DNA of 64,000 nt, from positions 4,352,001-4,416,000 of the forward strand of contig OZ242195.1 in the NCBI GenBank assembly GCA_965205975.1, given 5' to 3'. Every line of letters begins with the position of its first letter. The first letter of the stretch is position 1. Below are positions 9,148 to 19,523 of the stretch, one piece after another. Below the pieces are notes generated by a model. The model made no database searches and was not told the origin of the DNA. It saw only the letters and a program-made list of their open reading frames with translations. Source of the stretch: Candidatus Latescibacterota bacterium (GTDB lineage Bacteria; Latescibacterota; UBA2968). A program made the position numbers and the translations under genes.

Positions 9148-11124
9148 ATGGCACTTGCACAATCACAACCCGAACCTGCGCGGGCGCGGCATATTACCGT
9201 CCGATCTATTGTCCTTGGTGCGGCTACTGCGGCGTTGCTCAATATTTACAGCGATTACACGGGCATGATTTTGGGGTCTGCTTCGCTGGTTAAGTCGCAG
9301 TTGTCCATGGCTATGCTTTTGCCCTTTGTCGCGTGGCTCGTGATCAATCTCATTCTAAAGCTGGCCTGGCCGCGCATGGCTTTGCGGGGCACAGAGCTTC
9401 TGGTTATTTACAGCATGTCGTGGATTGTGGGCACGGTTTCGGCAAGTGGGTGGACGACCTATTGGGGCGGTATTGTCAGTACGCCGTTTTATTATGCTTC
9501 TCCCGAAAATCGATGGGAAGAGGTCCTTTTTGATATTTTGCCGTGGTGGTGTTTGCCCCAGGCAACGCCCGAAATTATTCGCACGTATTACGAGGGGCTT
9601 CCCGATGGCGCGAGTATTCCCTGGCGCGGTTGGCTGGCTTCGCTGCACTGGTGGTTCGCCGTATCTATTGCCCTTGTTGTTGCCGGGTTATGTCTCGCGG
9701 TCATTTTTCAAAAGCAGTGGGAGGAGAACGAGCGTCTGACTTTTCCTCTCGCGGCTTTTCCGATTGCACTGACCGAGGGCTTTGACGAACCGGGCCGCGT
9801 TATACCCGGTATTTTTCGGAATAAACTCTTTTGGGTCGGCTTTTTTATTGTTTTTGGTGTTTTTGCCTGGAATATCCTCGGTTATTTTGCCATTAGCTTG
9901 CCCCGAATTGGCATTTACGACGGTTATCTGACCAAGGAGGTGCCTATTGCGCGCAATTTTCCATCGTTTTATTTGCGTATTTTGCCACCTGTTTTAGGGC
10001 TTACTTATATGTGTAACCTGGATATCCTCTTCAGTTTTTGGGCTTTTCGTCTTATCGCCATTGTCAAAGAAGGGGTGATGGCTCGCACGGGTTTTAATGT
10101 GGGCCTTTCCGGGCAACAGGCCGAGGCGGCCGAGATTCTGATTTTAGAATCTCATGGTGCTTTCATCTTTCTGGCAGTGTGGGCGGTATGGGTCGCGCGA
10201 GGTCATTTGCGAGATGTTCTTCGCGCAGCGATGACGGGAGGGGCAGATGACGGTCTGGTATCTTATCGCCTGGCATTGCTCGGTTTTATTGCGGCGACTA
10301 TTTTTGTTTTTGGGTGGTTCGTCGCGGTGGGTTTGTCTCCTTTTCTCGCGCTCTTCCACCTCTTACTGCTTTATGCAGCGTATTTTACTGTGGCAAAATA
10401 CACTGCGGCCAGCGGTTTTTCTTATCTTTTTCCGGTTGGGGGCAAGGGGGGGCAAATTGTCGAGATTTTTACGGGGACCGCAACGCTTACGCAACAAAAT
10501 ACCGTTGCTCTGGGCGTGATCAATTCGAGTGCATTTTTTGGCAATTCGCGCATTCCCGCATGGCCCGCTCTGCCTCATCATCTCAAACTTTTGGGGAATG
10601 ACGTCCGCCGTCGCTGGGTTTTCTGGATCGTTTTGTTGGCTTTTGCCTCGGGGTTTTTTGGATCGTGTCTTTTTATTGTGCATTTGGGATATAATTACGC
10701 GGGTCAAAACCTGGGGCTGTCGGGTTTTAGCGGGTCCAATATTCGCACGTACGATCGCATGGTTTCCGCTATTGTTGGCGCGGATAAAACGGTTTTTGAT
10801 CCGGGTAAAATAGCGGTCTGGATTTTTGGGTTTGGGCAAGCGGGTCTGCTTATGCTCCTTCGCAATCGCGTCCCGTGGTGGCCCTTGCACCCCCTGGGTC
10901 TGGCTTTTCAGAAGATGTCGGGTTCTCGGGTCTATGCCTTCAGTATTTTTCTGACCTGGGCGTCCAAGCTCATTATTCTGCGCATTGGTGGCATTTCGAT
11001 CTATCGGCGCTGTATCCCTTTGTTCTTTGGTCTTGTGATCGGTTATGTCGTCGGTGTGGGGGTGTCTTCTGTTGTCGATTTTACCTTTTTCCCGGAAGAA
11101 GGGCATTCTGTTCACGGGTGGTAG
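9148..11124 (+). CDS. Polytopic membrane protein, DUF6785/DUF6784-like (putative transporter)
   Basis: Many TM segments; QWEENERLTFPLA and WWPLHPLG motifs. Confidence 0.75.
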   Translation: MALAQSQPEPARARHITVRSIVLGAATAALLNIYSDYTGMILGSASLVKSQLSMAMLLPFVAWLVINLILKLAWPRMALRGTELLVIYSMSWIVGTVSASGWTTYWGGIVSTPFYYASPENRWEEVLFDILPWWCLPQATPEIIRTYYEGLPDGASIPWRGWLASLHWWFAVSIALVVAGLCLAVIFQKQWEENERLTFPLAAFPIALTEGFDEPGRVIPGIFRNKLFWVGFFIVFGVFAWNILGYFAISLPRIGIYDGYLTKEVPIARNFPSFYLRILPPVLGLTYMCNLDILFSFWAFRLIAIVKEGVMARTGFNVGLSGQQAEAAEILILESHGAFIFLAVWAVWVARGHLRDVLRAAMTGGADDGLVSYRLALLGFIAATIFVFGWFVAVGLSPFLALFHLLLLYAAYFTVAKYTAASGFSYLFPVGGKGGQIVEIFTGTATLTQQNTVALGVINSSAFFGNSRIPAWPALPHHLKLLGNDVRRRWVFWIVLLAFASGFFGSCLFIVHLGYNYAGQNLGLSGFSGSNIRTYDRMVSAIVGADKTVFDPGKIAVWIFGFGQAGLLMLLRNRVPWWPLHPLGLAFQKMSGSRVYAFSIFLTWASKLIILRIGGISIYRRCIPLFFGLVIGYVVGVGVSSVVDFTFFPEEGHSVHGW

Positions 11125-11129
11125 CTCTT

Positions 11130-11741
11130 ATGTCCAATCGCTATCCCATTCCCGCCGAGACCTGCCGCGTAGAGGATGAAATTAAGCGCAGTCGCTTTAT
11201 TACGACGTTGGCGCATACATCGGTGCGAGAAGAAGCTCGTGTGTTTATCGATCAAATTCGCGCCGAGTTTCCCGATGCTTCACACAATTGCTGGGCGTTC
11301 CTGATCGGGCCACCAGGTACAACGGGTAATGTGGGGATGAGCGATGATGGAGAGCCGCATGGTACGGCTGGTCGTCCTATGCTGACCGTGCTCACGCATT
11401 CGGGGCTTGGCGATGTGGTAGTAGTTGTGACGCGCTATTTTGGTGGGACAAAGTTGGGGAAAGGCGGGCTTGTGCGGGCTTATTCAGGCGGGGTGCAACA
11501 CGCGCTTGAGAAGGTTCAATGCACAGAGCGCGTGACGCGGATCGCTGTTTTGGCGACGATTGGCTATGCGGCTTATGAATCTTTCAAGCGGTTGCTTCCG
11601 GATTTTGAAGTGCGTGTTGTCGCTGAAGATTTTGGGACCGATATTACATGCGAACTGGCTGTGCCTGAAGAACAGGTTGGACCTTTCAAACAGGCGGTGG
11701 GGAATCTGACCAGGGGACAGGCGCAGGTTGAGGAGGTGTGA
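11130..11741 (+). CDS. yigZ: YigZ/IMPACT family protein
   Basis: IKRSRF, ASHNCWAF, SDDGEPHGTAG, VTRYFGGTKLGKGGLVRAY; start trimmed to MSNRY. Confidence 0.93.
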   Translation: MSNRYPIPAETCRVEDEIKRSRFITTLAHTSVREEARVFIDQIRAEFPDASHNCWAFLIGPPGTTGNVGMSDDGEPHGTAGRPMLTVLTHSGLGDVVVVVTRYFGGTKLGKGGLVRAYSGGVQHALEKVQCTERVTRIAVLATIGYAAYESFKRLLPDFEVRVVAEDFGTDITCELAVPEEQVGPFKQAVGNLTRGQAQVEEV

Positions 11742-11749
11742 GGCGCGCG

Positions 11750-12919
11750 TTATGCCTTATCGCGGATCAAGTTTGGCAAGCGCGTGTCGGGATTGATGCC
11801 GATGGCGTGTTTGCCGTTTAAGAGTGCGATCAGGTCTGCGCCTAAAAATTCGTACCGCCAACCTGTGTGCAACGGATTATCCGTCGCATTTTTTTTGCGG
11901 GAAATGAATTCTTTGACTTCTGATCGCGATGCGACCATTGGGATGTCGATGCCTTCTGATAGACACCGTCCGCGCAAGAAAGCCATGGCGAGATCGAGAC
12001 GTGCATCGTCAAAGGGATCGGGTCGCACAGGTGGGGATATGGGCGGGCAATTTTTTTCGTCGATTGCCAATCCGCGCTGTACAGCGTTGAGGAGGCTATT
12101 GCTGTGCTGATTTATGGTTGATCTCGGGATACCCCGCAATCGTTTTAGCGACTGAGATGATTGCGGCTTGCGCCGGGCGATTTGCACGATGGCGTTATCG
12201 CTCATGATCCAGGTTTTGGGGCGGTCTGTCTGTCGGGCCTTTTGTTCGCGCCAGGTGGCCAGTTCGCGCACGATGGCCATATTGCGTCTGGAGAGTCGTC
12301 CTGTGCCTTTTACGCGCGTATATTGTTCTTCGGGCGCGCGGTCGTCGTACAATTTGGCAATATCGTACTGACGGAGCTCTTCTGCCAACCAGTTTTCTCG
12401 ACCTCGTCGATGAATGTCGGTCAGGATATGTTCGCGCAGGGCAGGCAAATATCGCACATCATCCAGGGCATAGGCGAGTTGTTTATCCGATAATGGTCGC
12501 CTCAACCAGTTTGTGCGCGTTTCTGTTTTGGGTAATTGTATGTTGAGACACAGGCGCAATAAATTGCCCAGCGATAGGTTTGAACTCAAATCCATGAAGC
12601 CCGCTGCACAACGCGTGTCAAATATATTGCAGGGGAGAGCATCTGTTATCCGTCTCAAAATCCAGAGGTCTTGCTGTGCATCGTGCAAAATTTTCACAGT
12701 GTGAGGGTTTGATAATAAGGTACCCAGAGGCGATAGATCCGATAATGTGACGGTATCTATCAGGTGGCAATCATTTTCTGAAAGTCCCACCTGTATAATG
12801 CCCAGGCGCGGATAATAGGTTTGTTCCCAGATAAATTCTGTATCAATGCCCACACAGGGCGCGTTTAGAGCGCGGTTGACAAGGGTTTCGAGTTCGTTGG
12901 GTGTATTGATTAGTGGCAT
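11750..12919 (-). CDS. rnd: Ribonuclease D
   Basis: DTEF..YYP, HDAQQD, FDT, WLRRPLS..QLAYALDDV, HRDC domain. Confidence 0.93.
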   Translation of the reverse strand: MPLINTPNELETLVNRALNAPCVGIDTEFIWEQTYYPRLGIIQVGLSENDCHLIDTVTLSDLSPLGTLLSNPHTVKILHDAQQDLWILRRITDALPCNIFDTRCAAGFMDLSSNLSLGNLLRLCLNIQLPKTETRTNWLRRPLSDKQLAYALDDVRYLPALREHILTDIHRRGRENWLAEELRQYDIAKLYDDRAPEEQYTRVKGTGRLSRRNMAIVRELATWREQKARQTDRPKTWIMSDNAIVQIARRKPQSSQSLKRLRGIPRSTINQHSNSLLNAVQRGLAIDEKNCPPISPPVRPDPFDDARLDLAMAFLRGRCLSEGIDIPMVASRSEVKEFISRKKNATDNPLHTGWRYEFLGADLIALLNGKHAIGINPDTRLPNLIRDKA

Positions 12920-13018
12920 GAAAAGACCGTTTTGGTTAATGTGTTGAGATCAAGGTATCACATCACGCGCTTAATATCAAGCACAGAACCTGCACCTTAT
13001 TATTATAAAGGAGTCTGT

Positions 13019-13930
13019 ATGAACCATCGACAACTTGGCAAAGACGGTGCCGACATCCCGGTTATAGGCCTGGGTGCCTGGCCCATTGGCGGCGGTATGG
13101 GCAATATGGACGATAGGGATAGTATTGATACTGTGCGTACTGCTATTGACAGCGGTATTACCCTGCTCGATACTGCACAGGCATATCGCACCAGCGAGGC
13201 CACACTGGGCAGAGCGCTCAAAGATGGCTATCGCGAGCGGTGCTTTCTGGCGACGAAAGTCAGTCGTCAATATTCTCGCGGGGATATTGAATACGCCATT
13301 GAAAATAGCCTGCGAAATCTCGATGTCGATTACGTAGATTTGTATCAAATCCACAGTTGGAACCCTCAATATCCCATTGAAGAGAGTATGGAAACTATGG
13401 CCCGGCTGCAAGAGCAGGGCAAAACGCGCTTTATCGGGGTTTCCAACTTCAATGCGGCACAGATGCAACAGGCGTACGATATTGCCCCATTTCATTCAAA
13501 TCAGCCGCGCTACAATATGTTTGATCGGAATATTGAAGCCGAAGATCTGGATTTTTGCAAACAAACGGGTATTGGCATCCTCGCCCATAGTCCCCTGGGG
13601 AAAGGTTTGCTTACGGGCAAATATGCGTCCGGTCACGTCTTTTCCGAAGACGACGAGCGCGCGAATTCACCTCGCTTTCAAGGCGATCTCTTCGCCCGTT
13701 ATCTCGCAGTGGCAGACCAGTTAAAATCCGTTGCTGCCGATAAAAATATCACGATGGTGCAACTCGCTATTGCCTGGCTTCTTCGCCGCGAGGAAGTAAC
13801 ATGTGTGCTCGTTGGGGCAAAAAATTCCGATCAGGCCAAAGAACACGTCGGCGCGGCAGATGTCGCGTTTTCGGATGATGAATTGGAACGTATTGAAAAA
13901 ATTTTGCAAGATACGCCGAGTGGCTTTTAG
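13019..13930 (+). CDS. Aldo/keto reductase
   Basis: IGLGAW, DTAQAY, DLYQIH, IGVSNF, SPLGKGLL; RBS AAGGAG before MNHRQ. Confidence 0.93.
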   Translation: MNHRQLGKDGADIPVIGLGAWPIGGGMGNMDDRDSIDTVRTAIDSGITLLDTAQAYRTSEATLGRALKDGYRERCFLATKVSRQYSRGDIEYAIENSLRNLDVDYVDLYQIHSWNPQYPIEESMETMARLQEQGKTRFIGVSNFNAAQMQQAYDIAPFHSNQPRYNMFDRNIEAEDLDFCKQTGIGILAHSPLGKGLLTGKYASGHVFSEDDERANSPRFQGDLFARYLAVADQLKSVAADKNITMVQLAIAWLLRREEVTCVLVGAKNSDQAKEHVGAADVAFSDDELERIEKILQDTPSGF

Positions 13931-13940
13931 GAGGTTTATC

Positions 13941-14765
13941 ATGATTATTGATCCCCATCTCCATGTGTGGAGCGATGACGAGGAAACCTATCCCTACGGT
14001 CCCAGCCAACCCCATGAGGCGGGTTCGGTCGAGCTTTTGTTTGAGACGATGGCGGACGCAGGGGTGGATAAAGCGGTTATTGTTCAGCCGATCCACTATC
14101 TCTTTGATAATCGATATGTGGCCGATTGTCTCAAACGGTATCCCGATAAGCTGGCAGCACAGGCTCTTGTGGATCCCACATCACCCGATGCAGCGGATGA
14201 GTTGGAGCGTTTGCACAGGGAAGAGGGGTTTGGCGGGATGCGCATTCATTTGTCGCGTTATGGAGACCCTAAAGGTCTGGCTGCACCTGACAAGGATCCG
14301 CTGTGGGCGCGTGCCCGAGATCTGGGCCTGTGTTTCAATCTGTTTGGTGGGGCTGAGGATCATGCGCCTGTTGAACCCATTATTGCCCGGTTTCCCGAGG
14401 TCAATGTTGTGGTTGATCACATTGCCGGTATTCCCGTGGATGAGCCGGATCCCAAGCCCTTGCTGACCAATTTGCTCAATTGGGGACAATATCCCAATGT
14501 GTATGTCAAGATTTCCAATGTGGGACAGCGATCCAATATGCCCTATCCACACCGAGATACGCACGATATGATCAAGCGCATTTACGATGTTTACGGTCCG
14601 GAGCGTTTGATGTGGGGTACGGATTTTCCCCATGTGTTCAGGAGTTGTGGGTACAGAGGGTCTCTGGATTTGATACGCGACCACATGTTTTTTAATGATA
14701 ACGATCTCGAATGGATTCTGTGTAAGACCATTCTCAAACTGTGGTCTTTTGATGAGCGCATATGA
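13941..14765 (+). CDS. Amidohydrolase_2 family protein (sugar-lactonase-like)
   Basis: IDPHLHVW, VVDH, RLMWGTDFP. Confidence 0.88.
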   Translation: MIIDPHLHVWSDDEETYPYGPSQPHEAGSVELLFETMADAGVDKAVIVQPIHYLFDNRYVADCLKRYPDKLAAQALVDPTSPDAADELERLHREEGFGGMRIHLSRYGDPKGLAAPDKDPLWARARDLGLCFNLFGGAEDHAPVEPIIARFPEVNVVVDHIAGIPVDEPDPKPLLTNLLNWGQYPNVYVKISNVGQRSNMPYPHRDTHDMIKRIYDVYGPERLMWGTDFPHVFRSCGYRGSLDLIRDHMFFNDNDLEWILCKTILKLWSFDERI

Positions 14766-14845
14766 GAATCTGATGGGATTTTTCGTAAAATAAAAGAGCC
14801 ATAACACCTGAATGGTATGGCTCTTTATTGTATTGTGATTAATCG

Positions 14846-15676
14846 CTATCCCAGTGCTTCGAGATATTCTTCGCCTTTGTGTTCGCGCAGCCAACTTTTG
14901 AGGGGGACATCGGCTTCTGTGGGTTGCCACCACCCTTTGACGTCTATGCCATCGCCGAGTAGCTGGCGGCGGATGGGGTCGCATTTGCCGAGTATATTTT
15001 CGGGCATGAGGTTGTAATCCAGCCCCCGCAGCCAGCGATAACTGTAGCCAAAGAATAGCACGCGGCGCGTGACGTCGGATGTGTTAATTCCCCGCCGGTG
15101 CCACATTCTGCGGTCAAAGAGTACGGCTGTTCCCGCCTTAACACATACGGGCATCACATCGCATTCTTCGGGTTTTGTGTCCAGTTTGTGACTGCGCGGC
15201 ACTATTTGCATTGCGCCGTGTTCTGGGGTGTCAACATCGCTTAGCCAGTAACTGATTTTTAGCGATAAGCGCGGGTGGGGACGCTCCATCTCGGGTACGG
15301 GTCGCCCGCCGTCTTGATGCCAGCCGCCCGGGTTAATCTCGCGTTTCTTTTGTTCGGGGGGATATACGATTAGATGGGAAATATAAAGCTGGATATTCCA
15401 CCCCAAAATATCCCATAATAAGGGAAATGTTTTGGGGTTATCGAGTAATTCCAGAAAGACATCGTCTTCCACAATGGTTCGGAATTTACCCAGAAGAGCA
15501 TTTGGTTTCAGTCCTTGTACTTCGCGCTCCTGCGCTTCTACCCGATCGACAGCGTCATTCAATCGCGCGAGCAGGTCGGGCGATAGAGCGTCTTCGACAA
15601 TCAAATACCCCTCGTCATTGAATTGCCTGAGTTGCGCTTCTGTAGCGCAGTGTTGCAACCATTTTTTCGCGTTCAT
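14846..15676 (-). CDS. Phytanoyl-CoA dioxygenase (PhyH) family Fe/2OG oxygenase
   Basis: GYLIVED, WHQD, PRSH, distal WH..R. Confidence 0.9.
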   Translation of the reverse strand: MNAKKWLQHCATEAQLRQFNDEGYLIVEDALSPDLLARLNDAVDRVEAQEREVQGLKPNALLGKFRTIVEDDVFLELLDNPKTFPLLWDILGWNIQLYISHLIVYPPEQKKREINPGGWHQDGGRPVPEMERPHPRLSLKISYWLSDVDTPEHGAMQIVPRSHKLDTKPEECDVMPVCVKAGTAVLFDRRMWHRRGINTSDVTRRVLFFGYSYRWLRGLDYNLMPENILGKCDPIRRQLLGDGIDVKGWWQPTEADVPLKSWLREHKGEEYLEALG

Positions 15677-15687
15677 GGTGTTTTCCT

Positions 15688-17904
15688 TTATCCTCGTCTG
15701 CTGATCATGATGGTGGCACAGGTGATATTTTGTGCGAGAACCGGTGCGAGTTGTCCAAATTGTCTGCGGTTTTTGTCAATGCGCTCCAATCCCAAAATCG
15801 CCAGATCGTAGTTATTTGCCATATCCGTAATTGCTTCGAGGGGTTTGTTGTGGCGCACCACCAGGGCGTCGGCTCTGGTGGGAACTTCTTCGTTTGCAAA
15901 TTGCGTCAGTCTGCGCTGTGCGCGGTCACACTGAAAATCACTGATGTGTTCGGGCAATACCTGCAAAAATGTGACTTCGCGGTTGCCCGTGCGACACAGA
16001 CTGCCCAGTAAGCGGGCGCGAAATTTGTCATGGGCACCAAGTCCACGCGTGGGCACCAGTACGCGATGCACGTTCTTTAAGTGCCAACCCGGTGGCGCGT
16101 GCAATACCACGACATCACATGATACAGAACTGATGAGTTCTTCCAGATGGACACTGTTGACGTCGCTCAGACCCAATAATAAACTCTCGCAGCGGTGCAC
16201 GCGCGAGACCCGCACAATCTCGGGCCAGGGTTGTGGTGCGATGGTCATCAGTGCTTCGGGGGCCATTCCAGCGGCAAACGAGGCTGTTACGGCTTCTCTG
16301 AGTACTGTTTGTGTGTCGTGTAAGGAGTGCGGAGATTCTTTCTCGCGCCATCCCTCTTCTGGGGTAGCCACTACGGATAATAACAACACGCGTCCCACGC
16401 CTGGCGGTGCGAGCGCGTGGGCAACTGCGACCATGGCAGAGGCATTTTGAGGATTGGCCACGGGTACGAGGACCAGGGGGCTGCGACCGCGCATTTGGAG
16501 CAGTTGTGGGTCGAGTGCTTCGGCAGAGGCATCGACAACGCGGGCGCGGCGCGCCAATAATGCCCAGTACAATAATCCGCCCAGTCCCAGCCATACCGCC
16601 GAGATCAAGCCAGCGGTTGGCACGGATATGGCTTGAAAGAGTGCCAATCCGGCGCAGCACAGACCGCCTGTGACGGGTATGAGGGGGAAAAATGGCGTGT
16701 GGAATGGTGCGGGTGTTCGCCGTCGCGTTCGGGCCAGGATGCTGGTCCAGTGCGTCATGGCAAAAGAGATGAGAAAAATCAAACTCGCCGCGGCACCGGC
16801 AGCCGCTACATCTGGTACGACCATCAGCAGGGTTGCCATTGTTAGAGCACTGACACAGATTGCGGTTATGGGCGTTTTATGGCGAATGTGTACTTCACCA
16901 ATGGGTGCGGGAAGGGTGCGGTCTTGCGCCATGGTGAGGGCTACGCGGGAAGCGGCAAGCAGATTGGCCTGTAGTGCAGATAGCATGGACAAGATGGCGG
17001 CGATCAGCACCAGCCAGAATCCTATGTCACCCAGAAAATGTCGCGCCGCGAGAGCCACCACGACTTCGGGATGGTTGGCACTCAGGCCACCTATGGTCTG
17101 TCCAGGTGGGACACCCACAGTCGCGATAACAAAGAGCAGAGGCAGATAGACGCCCAGAGCCGCTGCGAGAGACAAGAGCATGGCCCGCGGCAATGTGCGT
17201 TCGGGGGTGCGTACTTCGCCGGCAACGGCGGCGATGAGATCAAAACCCTGGAGGGCGATAAAGGTGTATCCCATGGCTTGAAAAAATCCCGTTGTTCCAT
17301 GGGTGAGAAATGGTGTCAAGCTGGCGTGTATGGCCCCCAGGCTGCGGCCCGTGAGTGCCCATAGACCGCCGCCGATAAGCACCGCAAAGACGGCCATTTT
17401 TGCAAAGTTGATCCAGTTGTCCCCGCCTCCGCTCGTGCGAATGAGGCCAAAGGTATAATAGGCGGTTGCGCCTATGGCCAGCGTTGCGACCATCGCATGT
17501 CCAAGAAGCCATTCTGGTGCGACGCCAAAGAGAAGACGCACACATTCTTGCAGTGCTATTGCTGCATAGGATGCAAACCCCATTGCGTAGAGTACGCCGG
17601 CGACGATGGATGCAAACCAGCCCACCCATCCAAAGGCGAAAGCCGCGCGTACGGATAATACGTTTTTGGCAAATGTATAGGTGCCGCCGGACTGGGGGAA
17701 TGCGGTTGACATCTCGGCAAAGCTCAATGCTGTCAGTACTGCTATCACACCATTGGCTGCAAAGACGAGTAGTGTCGCCGGTCCGGTGGTCGCATAGGCC
17801 ACGCCTGCAAGTGCGAGTATGCCGCCTCCGACGATGGCGCCAATGCCCACGCCCGTAGCACCTGCCAGACCTATGGAACGTTCTATGGTTCCCTGTTTGT
17901 TCAT
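15688..17904 (-). CDS. APC amino-acid permease with C-terminal USP-like domains
   Basis: GAIVGGGI, GGTYTF, QGFDLI..AGEV; C-terminal VLVPVANP and VLVPT USP-like segments. Confidence 0.88.
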   Translation of the reverse strand: MNKQGTIERSIGLAGATGVGIGAIVGGGILALAGVAYATTGPATLLVFAANGVIAVLTALSFAEMSTAFPQSGGTYTFAKNVLSVRAAFAFGWVGWFASIVAGVLYAMGFASYAAIALQECVRLLFGVAPEWLLGHAMVATLAIGATAYYTFGLIRTSGGGDNWINFAKMAVFAVLIGGGLWALTGRSLGAIHASLTPFLTHGTTGFFQAMGYTFIALQGFDLIAAVAGEVRTPERTLPRAMLLSLAAALGVYLPLLFVIATVGVPPGQTIGGLSANHPEVVVALAARHFLGDIGFWLVLIAAILSMLSALQANLLAASRVALTMAQDRTLPAPIGEVHIRHKTPITAICVSALTMATLLMVVPDVAAAGAAASLIFLISFAMTHWTSILARTRRRTPAPFHTPFFPLIPVTGGLCCAGLALFQAISVPTAGLISAVWLGLGGLLYWALLARRARVVDASAEALDPQLLQMRGRSPLVLVPVANPQNASAMVAVAHALAPPGVGRVLLLSVVATPEEGWREKESPHSLHDTQTVLREAVTASFAAGMAPEALMTIAPQPWPEIVRVSRVHRCESLLLGLSDVNSVHLEELISSVSCDVVVLHAPPGWHLKNVHRVLVPTRGLGAHDKFRARLLGSLCRTGNREVTFLQVLPEHISDFQCDRAQRRLTQFANEEVPTRADALVVRHNKPLEAITDMANNYDLAILGLERIDKNRRQFGQLAPVLAQNITCATIMISRRG

Positions 17905-17908
17905 TGTT

Positions 17909-18757
17909 TTATTGTGAGGCTTTGGGAAAGTCTCCTGGCTGGTGGAATTTACCGTTTTCGTTCTGGACGAATTCGGGGGGAAATGCGGTGCAGATTTGGC
18001 CGCTTTTCATGCCCCAGCGGTGTAGCGGACGCATGCGCCCGGCGTTGATTTTCGGGTTTGTCCACACGCCCGCAATGGCTATGCGGCTGTTTGGACTGGG
18101 GTTTGGCGGGCTGTAATGCCACAGGCTGCTGTGCCAGCAGACCACGTCGCCCGGGTTGAGTTCGATGTGTTCTGTACCGCATTGTTCTATGCGTGCTTTT
18201 ACGAGGTCGCGGGGCAGTTCACCGTGAATGCTGTCTTCGTACATGACGTGTTGTACAATCTCACCTTTGTGACTGCCCGGGACAAATTGCATACACCCAT
18301 TTTCGCGGGTTGCCGGGTCGAGTGCCATCCAGGCGTTAAAGGGTTCGGTTTCTCCGTCGCGCCAGAGGCCGTTGTCCTGGTGCCAGGGTGTTGCGCTGCC
18401 CGTTTTGGCGGGTTTTACAAATACGCTGTTGAATTTGACGATGATGTCGTTGTCCAAAAAATATCGCGCCATGGCGAGCATTTCTCGTCCGGTGTGAAAT
18501 GTATGCCAGATGAGGGGGGATTCGACGCAGAAGTTGCCCAATTTTCGAAATCTCAGGGCGCGCGCTTCAGGGGTGTCGCCCATGGGATCCATGGGATCTG
18601 GATTGGGGTTGCCGCTTGGCTCGGGTTTGAGCAGTTCGTTTTTTATGACGCCGCGCATGTCAAAAGCAGTGTCTTCTGGTACGACGTTGCGCTCGATAAA
18701 GAATCCCTTTTCTTCCCATTGGTGTTTTTGTTCAGCGGAGGGTTTCCAATTATTCAT
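17909..18757 (-). CDS. PhyH family Fe/2OG dioxygenase
   Basis: TPWHQD, ALDPATRENGCM, PGSH, LWHYS..R. Confidence 0.9.
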   Translation of the reverse strand: MNNWKPSAEQKHQWEEKGFFIERNVVPEDTAFDMRGVIKNELLKPEPSGNPNPDPMDPMGDTPEARALRFRKLGNFCVESPLIWHTFHTGREMLAMARYFLDNDIIVKFNSVFVKPAKTGSATPWHQDNGLWRDGETEPFNAWMALDPATRENGCMQFVPGSHKGEIVQHVMYEDSIHGELPRDLVKARIEQCGTEHIELNPGDVVCWHSSLWHYSPPNPSPNSRIAIAGVWTNPKINAGRMRPLHRWGMKSGQICTAFPPEFVQNENGKFHQPGDFPKASQ

Positions 18758-19008
18758 TTATAGGTCTCCTTTATGTAGAAGAAATGCCGTTGATGAAAAA
18801 AACGGATTCACCAAAGAAACACAAGCATTTTCTCTGCGATGGTTCCCTTATGCCCCGGCAATTCCCCTTGCCAGACCAGGGACAATCAGTGATATTTCAT
18901 TTGTACCTTACGCGGCAGGGAGAAAGAACAAAGGTCATTGTATTCGCATCAAGCATATTGTCGTTTAGTATGATCCGTAACTGAAAAAGACTGGAGGTGG
19001 AGAAAACC

Positions 19009-19209
19009 GTGACAAAGGTTGAGGAACTCACACGCGAAGTTCAGAAGTTAGATTGTGCTGAACTGATAGACTTTCGGAAATGGTTCGAGGAATACACTGC
19101 TGACATGTGGGATCAGCAGATTGAAGAAGATGTGCAGGCTGGAAAATTAGATCACCTTGCTCAAGCAGCTTTGGCAGAGCATTCTTCAGGAAGAACAAGG
19201 ACATTTTGA
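19009..19209 (+). CDS. Small antitoxin
   Basis: WDQQIEEDVQAGKLD motif; overlaps the downstream toxin; start uncertain (18997 or 19009). Confidence 0.75.
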   Translation: MTKVEELTREVQKLDCAELIDFRKWFEEYTADMWDQQIEEDVQAGKLDHLAQAALAEHSSGRTRTF

Positions 19210-19466
19210 AGCATTTTGTCACGAGCAACTTTTGGGCGTGTTACCAAAGACTTCCATCCGCAGTCCAAAAACTTGCGGATAAAAACTACGAACTTCTGAA
19301 ATCCGACCCATTTCATCCCTCTTTACACTTTAAGCAGATTGGTAACTACCGGGCAGTTCGAGTAGGACTACATTATCGAGCCCTGGCCATTGAAAGTTGG
19401 GATGGATTGGTGTGGTTCTGGATAGGACCCCACGCAGAGTATGAGCGGATTCTAAAGGGTGGGTGA
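19206..19466 (+). CDS. RelE/ParE-like toxin
   Basis: HPSLHFKQI..VRVGLHYRAL..WFWIGPHAEY. Confidence 0.85.
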   Translation: MKHFVTSNFWACYQRLPSAVQKLADKNYELLKSDPFHPSLHFKQIGNYRAVRVGLHYRALAIESWDGLVWFWIGPHAEYERILKGG

Positions 19467-19523
19467 GAGAAATAATATAGATGAGAAGCTGAAATATTCA
19501 TTTTTTGTTTAGGGAGGTTCGTT

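Noticed and set aside
8495..9293. Short ORFs in the AT-rich intergenic region
   Set aside because: No recognisable motifs, atypical composition, and they overlap clear promoter elements
18760..18996. Possible gene remnant or ncRNA before the TA pair
   Set aside because: No recognisable peptide motif or RNA structure
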